64,000 nucleotides of DNA from an uncultured bacterium (lineage in GTDB: Bacteria > Hydrothermota > UBA3073 > NMUJ01 > CBEVQO01), in NCBI GenBank assembly GCA_965552055.1, contig CBEVQO010000002.1, forward strand, positions 288,001 through 352,000, written 5' to 3'. Within the stretch, counting starts at the first letter, position 1. Each line of letters begins with the position of its first letter. The position numbers and the translations under genes are program-made. Under the pieces are notes generated by a model. That model did not search any database and was not told the DNA's origin. It worked only from the letters and a program-made list of their open reading frames with translations. Below, piece by piece: positions 61,421-64,000 of the stretch.

Positions 61421-61673
61421 TTCCCCTCCTTTTCTGCTTCTTTTTCTAATTGTTCTGCTATTGTGCGCAGGGCTTCTGCTCCTGCTTTTAAGCCTGCTTT
61501 CTTCCAGAAGTCCGCTTTTTGGTAGCGTGATTTGCCATCCTTATCTTCCTGTGTGCCTTCTTCCATAAAATCTTTTACAAACCTTGCCATCACTTTACTT
61601 GCGAATTCCTCCCAGAATTCCTGTCTCTTCCAGAAAGGTACTTTTTCCTTTTCACTCATATCCCCCTCCTTAT
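61407..61673 (-). repeat. Dispersed direct repeat, copy C (~266 bp, includes the 80-aa ORF, its SD and the next gene's first codons)
   Basis: Identical to 62246-62511 except one substitution in codon 2 and one extra G in the SD run. Confidence 0.95.
61417..61659 (-). CDS. Repeated 80-aa amphipathic helical protein, copy C
   Basis: SD AAGGAGGGGG; ATGA overlap with the downstream gene; two paralogs nearby. Confidence 0.85.
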   Translation of the reverse strand: MSEKEKVPFWKRQEFWEEFASKVMARFVKDFMEEGTQEDKDGKSRYQKADFWKKAGLKAGAEALRTIAEQLEKEAEKEGK

Positions 61674-61676
61674 TAA

Positions 61677-61703
61677 AACTTAAATGAGTTACAGCAATGT
61701 CAA
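61677..61703 (-). promoter_or_regulatory. Possible internal promoter TTGACA-N15-TAAGTT upstream of copy C and the dynamin genes
   Basis: TTGACA 61703-61698 and TAAGTT 61682-61677. Partly inside the 43-aa ORF, so it may be coincidental. Confidence 0.4.
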
Positions 61704-61820
61704 CAAATATATTCTAAAAGTTTGCTTTGGACCGATTAAATTAAATAAAGGAGCAAGTATTTTATAATACCAAGGAATAGGCAATCTAGGAATTCCTTTA
61801 ACAGTAATCGGCTTACTCAT
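61689..61820 (-). CDS. Small hydrophobic protein (43 aa): MSKPITVKGIPRLPIPWYYKILAPLFNLIGPKQTFRIYLLTLL
   Basis: Hand-translated; AAGGAGGT SD upstream of ATG 61820; shares a PxPW motif with the 73-aa ORF. Confidence 0.65.
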   Translation of the reverse strand: MSKPITVKGIPRLPIPWYYKILAPLFNLIGPKQTFRIYLLTLL

Positions 61821-61830
61821 ATGCACCTCC

Positions 61831-62259
61831 TTATAACCCATATTCTGATGGATTTAATCTCCTTTTCTCACAATATCTTTTTAAATCTTTCTGTACAAGT
61901 TTAATGCAAAGCGCAATTACAGTAGCATCGTCGAGATACCCTATGACAGGAATAAAATCAGGAACAATATCCCAGGGATTGATGAAATATATTAAAGCTG
62001 CAGCAACAGCTGCAATAGTATACCACGGAACATCAAAATCGCCTTTGAAAGAATCTCTTAACATTTCGTATAAGAGCCTTATTTGCATCCCAAGTTTTAC
62101 CAACCAATCTATTGCTGAATCTAGCAAGCCTGCCTTTTCGAGTTTCTTAGGAGTCGCCTCAATTGCGTATTTTACATCTTCTTTGTCAACATTTTCCCTT
62201 GCTTTGTTATACATTGCTTCTATTTTTTTCTTCTGTTCATCGGTTAATCTTTCTCTCAT
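61831..62259 (-). CDS. YkvA/DUF1232 family membrane protein
   Basis: ALIYFINPWDIVPDFIPVIGYLDDATVI signature. Confidence 0.92.
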   Translation of the reverse strand: MRERLTDEQKKKIEAMYNKARENVDKEDVKYAIEATPKKLEKAGLLDSAIDWLVKLGMQIRLLYEMLRDSFKGDFDVPWYTIAAVAAALIYFINPWDIVPDFIPVIGYLDDATVIALCIKLVQKDLKRYCEKRRLNPSEYGL

Positions 62260-62511
62260 TTCCCCTCCTTTTCTGCTTCTTTTTCTAATTGTTCTGCTAT
62301 TGTGCGCAGGGCTTCTGCTCCTGCTTTTAAGCCTGCTTTCTTCCAGAAGTCCGCTTTTTGGTAGCGTGATTTGCCATCCTTATCTTCCTGTGTGCCTTCT
62401 TCCATAAAATCTTTTACAAACCTTGCCATCACTTTACTTGCGAATTCCTCCCAGAATTCCTGTCTCTTCCAGAAAGGTACTTTTTCCTTTTCACCCATAT
62501 CCCCTCCTTAT
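62246..62511 (-). repeat. Dispersed direct repeat, copy B
   Basis: Near-identical to 61407-61673 and 63356-63590. Confidence 0.95.
62256..62498 (-). CDS. Repeated 80-aa amphipathic helical protein, copy B
   Basis: SD AAGGAGGGG; ATGA overlap with the ykvA-like gene. Confidence 0.85.
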   Translation of the reverse strand: MGEKEKVPFWKRQEFWEEFASKVMARFVKDFMEEGTQEDKDGKSRYQKADFWKKAGLKAGAEALRTIAEQLEKEAEKEGK

Positions 62512-63344
62512 GGCATCCAATGGTTTATTTCCCCAGAATTTATAAATTTTTGTAAAATCTCTATCCTTTTTGCAGAAGGAGGATGATCTGATTTTATCCG
62601 CTCCCACCACGATAGATGCTTTTCATACATCCCCATTTTTGAAAGACAGCTTATAGCATATTCAGGAGGAATACCCGCTTCTTGCATCAGTTTTACTGCA
62701 CATTTATCTGCACTCACTTCTCTATCTCTTTGCCTCTTTTGTCTTATTAAAGGAACTTTATCAAGCCAGCTATATATCTCAAAATGTCCCAAAATCATAT
62801 GAGAAATTTCGTGGCTCATTATAAATATTATTTCATTTAAATCCAAATATTTAAAAGAAGCAGGGGTGATTGCAATCTCGCCTATAAAAGCTGCCCCAAA
62901 CTGCTGCGGCTTTACACATGCATTTATAGCGTAATTCATATACTCCACAGGAGTACAGCCTGCTTGCATTGCTTCTTCTATAATCTCATTTTGATAGTAG
63001 GGACGCACTCTTACAAGATGCCAGTCTATATTTGAATGCTTCATTTTAATTGTTTGTGCCAGAGGCAAATAAAATATTTCATTCGCTATTTTATTTAATG
63101 CAATCAAACGTTTACTCCAGACATCTGACCAGCGCTTTAACTGCAACAGCGCAAGTACGATTATAGCAATATTTACAAATAATTGCCATTTGTGAAAGTA
63201 TTTGAAATTAAAATAAATACCTGTAAGGAGAAGTGCTCCTGTGAGTAATTTTTTAACTTTTGCTGTCACATCATATTCTCTTAATAAACCCACAAGGGTT
63301 AAAATTGCAACAGCACAATAAAGTCCAATCTTAACGGCGTTCAT
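62508..63344 (-). CDS. M48-family (HtpX/Ste24-like) membrane zinc metalloprotease
   Basis: Three N-terminal TM segments; YAINAC, HEISH (HExxH), REVSAD and SDHPPSAKRI. Confidence 0.88.
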   Translation of the reverse strand: MNAVKIGLYCAVAILTLVGLLREYDVTAKVKKLLTGALLLTGIYFNFKYFHKWQLFVNIAIIVLALLQLKRWSDVWSKRLIALNKIANEIFYLPLAQTIKMKHSNIDWHLVRVRPYYQNEIIEEAMQAGCTPVEYMNYAINACVKPQQFGAAFIGEIAITPASFKYLDLNEIIFIMSHEISHMILGHFEIYSWLDKVPLIRQKRQRDREVSADKCAVKLMQEAGIPPEYAISCLSKMGMYEKHLSWWERIKSDHPPSAKRIEILQKFINSGEINHWMP

Positions 63345-63582
63345 CCTTTTCCTCCTCTGCTTCTTTTTCTAATTGTTCTGCTATTGTGCGCAGGGCTTCT
63401 GCTCCTGCTTTTAAGCCTGCTTTCTTCCAGAAGTCCGCTTTTTGGTAGCGTGATTTGCCATCCTTATCTTCCTGTGTGCCTTCTTCCATAAAATCTTTTA
63501 CAAACCTTGCCATCACCCTGCCTGCGAATTCCTCCCAGAATTCCTGCCTCTTCCAGAAAGGTACTTTTTCCTTTTCACCCAT
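63331..63582 (-). CDS. Repeated helical protein, copy A (83 aa, divergent C-terminus)
   Basis: Same sequence as copies B and C except GR for SK and the tail EEEKDERR. Start placed at ATG 63582 after the GAGGGGG SD. Confidence 0.85.
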   Translation of the reverse strand: MGEKEKVPFWKRQEFWEEFAGRVMARFVKDFMEEGTQEDKDGKSRYQKADFWKKAGLKAGAEALRTIAEQLEKEAEEEKDERR

Positions 63583-63590
63583 ATCCCCCT
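63356..63590 (-). repeat. Dispersed direct repeat, copy A
   Basis: About 5 substitutions versus copy B over ~230 bp. Confidence 0.93.
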
Positions 63591-63596
63591 CTTTCA

Positions 63597-64000
63597 TTAT
63601 CTTATACGATGAGATGGAAATTTTATGACAAAGAAATTTAAAATTTTTTCATCCTGCACTACCCAGACCCATAAATCTTCCTTAAACTCAACCTCCCCAT
63701 AATTGGATATTTCTTTTCTTTTGCCATTTTCCACAATTATTTTTATATTTTCCTTTTCCGGTGCTCCTATTCGCAAATAATATTTACCACGCTTCTTTCT
63801 AATCGCAAACTCCATCAAACAACCATCAATTTTGCGTTTAAATACCTTTTCCTCTTTGAGAAAAAAACGCAAAAGTGAATCGGAAATCAAAAAATAGAGA
63901 TTAGGTGCCCTGCAAAAATTAATTTTAGAAATCTCATAAGGTATATCTAACTTTACTTTCTTTAATCTCCTTTTCAAAATCTCAAATCGCTTTTTCTCCA
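63597..64000 (-). CDS. Hypothetical protein, 5'-truncated by window edge
   Basis: Frame stays open beyond 63977 to the end of the window (EKKRFEILKRRLKK...). Confidence 0.55.
   Translation of the reverse strand, partial: EKKRFEILKRRLKKVKLDIPYEISKINFCRAPNLYFLISDSLLRFFLKEEKVFKRKIDGCLMEFAIRKKRGKYYLRIGAPEKENIKIIVENGKRKEISNYGEVEFKEDLWVWVVQDEKILNFFVIKFPSHRIR

Noticed and set aside
61407..63590. Triple repeat as diversity-generating retroelement TR/VR (most differences are A versus G on the coding strand)
   Set aside because: All differences are transitions, including one T/C, rather than A-to-N. No reverse transcriptase or Avd gene is in the window, and the repeats are whole small ORFs rather than C-terminal variable regions.
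61407..63590. Triple repeat as IS/MITE, integron attC or CRISPR
   Set aside because: No terminal inverted repeats, target duplications, attC-like palindrome or transposase/integrase seen. Unit and spacer sizes are far too large for CRISPR.

Overview
This is a gene-dense, AT-rich bacterial window. The Lys/Glu-rich proteins, a T9SS/FlgD-like C-terminal sorting domain and several archaeal-type genes suggest a thermophilic anaerobe near the FCB group (for example WOR-3-like); that placement is inference only. Four blocks: (1) 2.0-23.8 kb, minus strand: a 6191-aa hierarchically repeated secreted protein, two unannotated paralogous Cys-rich 44/42-aa peptides with a lasso/RRE-type leader motif, a PQQ-type beta-propeller with a sorting domain, an NTP_transf_5-type nucleotidyltransferase and a flavin reductase. 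This is a candidate orphan RiPP-like/surface-protein system. (2) 23.8-28.7 kb: a PAP2-like protein, a GT2 and an active/inactive DUF3857-transglutaminase pair. (3) 28.8-49.8 kb: housekeeping and energy genes (tRNA-Val, thrS-infC-rpmI-rplT-zapB/zapA, a short 6S-like hairpin, rny, ymdB, hypD, nfnAB, infB, nusA, proS, MvhAG-like [NiFe] hydrogenase). (4) 49.9-64 kb, minus strand: an accessory operon with three near-identical copies of an 80-aa ORF separating different cargo genes, then four tandem dynamin-like GTPases, a membrane-anchored Ig-rich protein, an SH3 lipoprotein, a PIN nuclease and a YaaW-like protein. Candidate promoters repeatedly read TTGACA-N15-TAnnnT (short spacer), often with leaderless starts. 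I saw no CRISPR array, integrase, transposase or rRNA.
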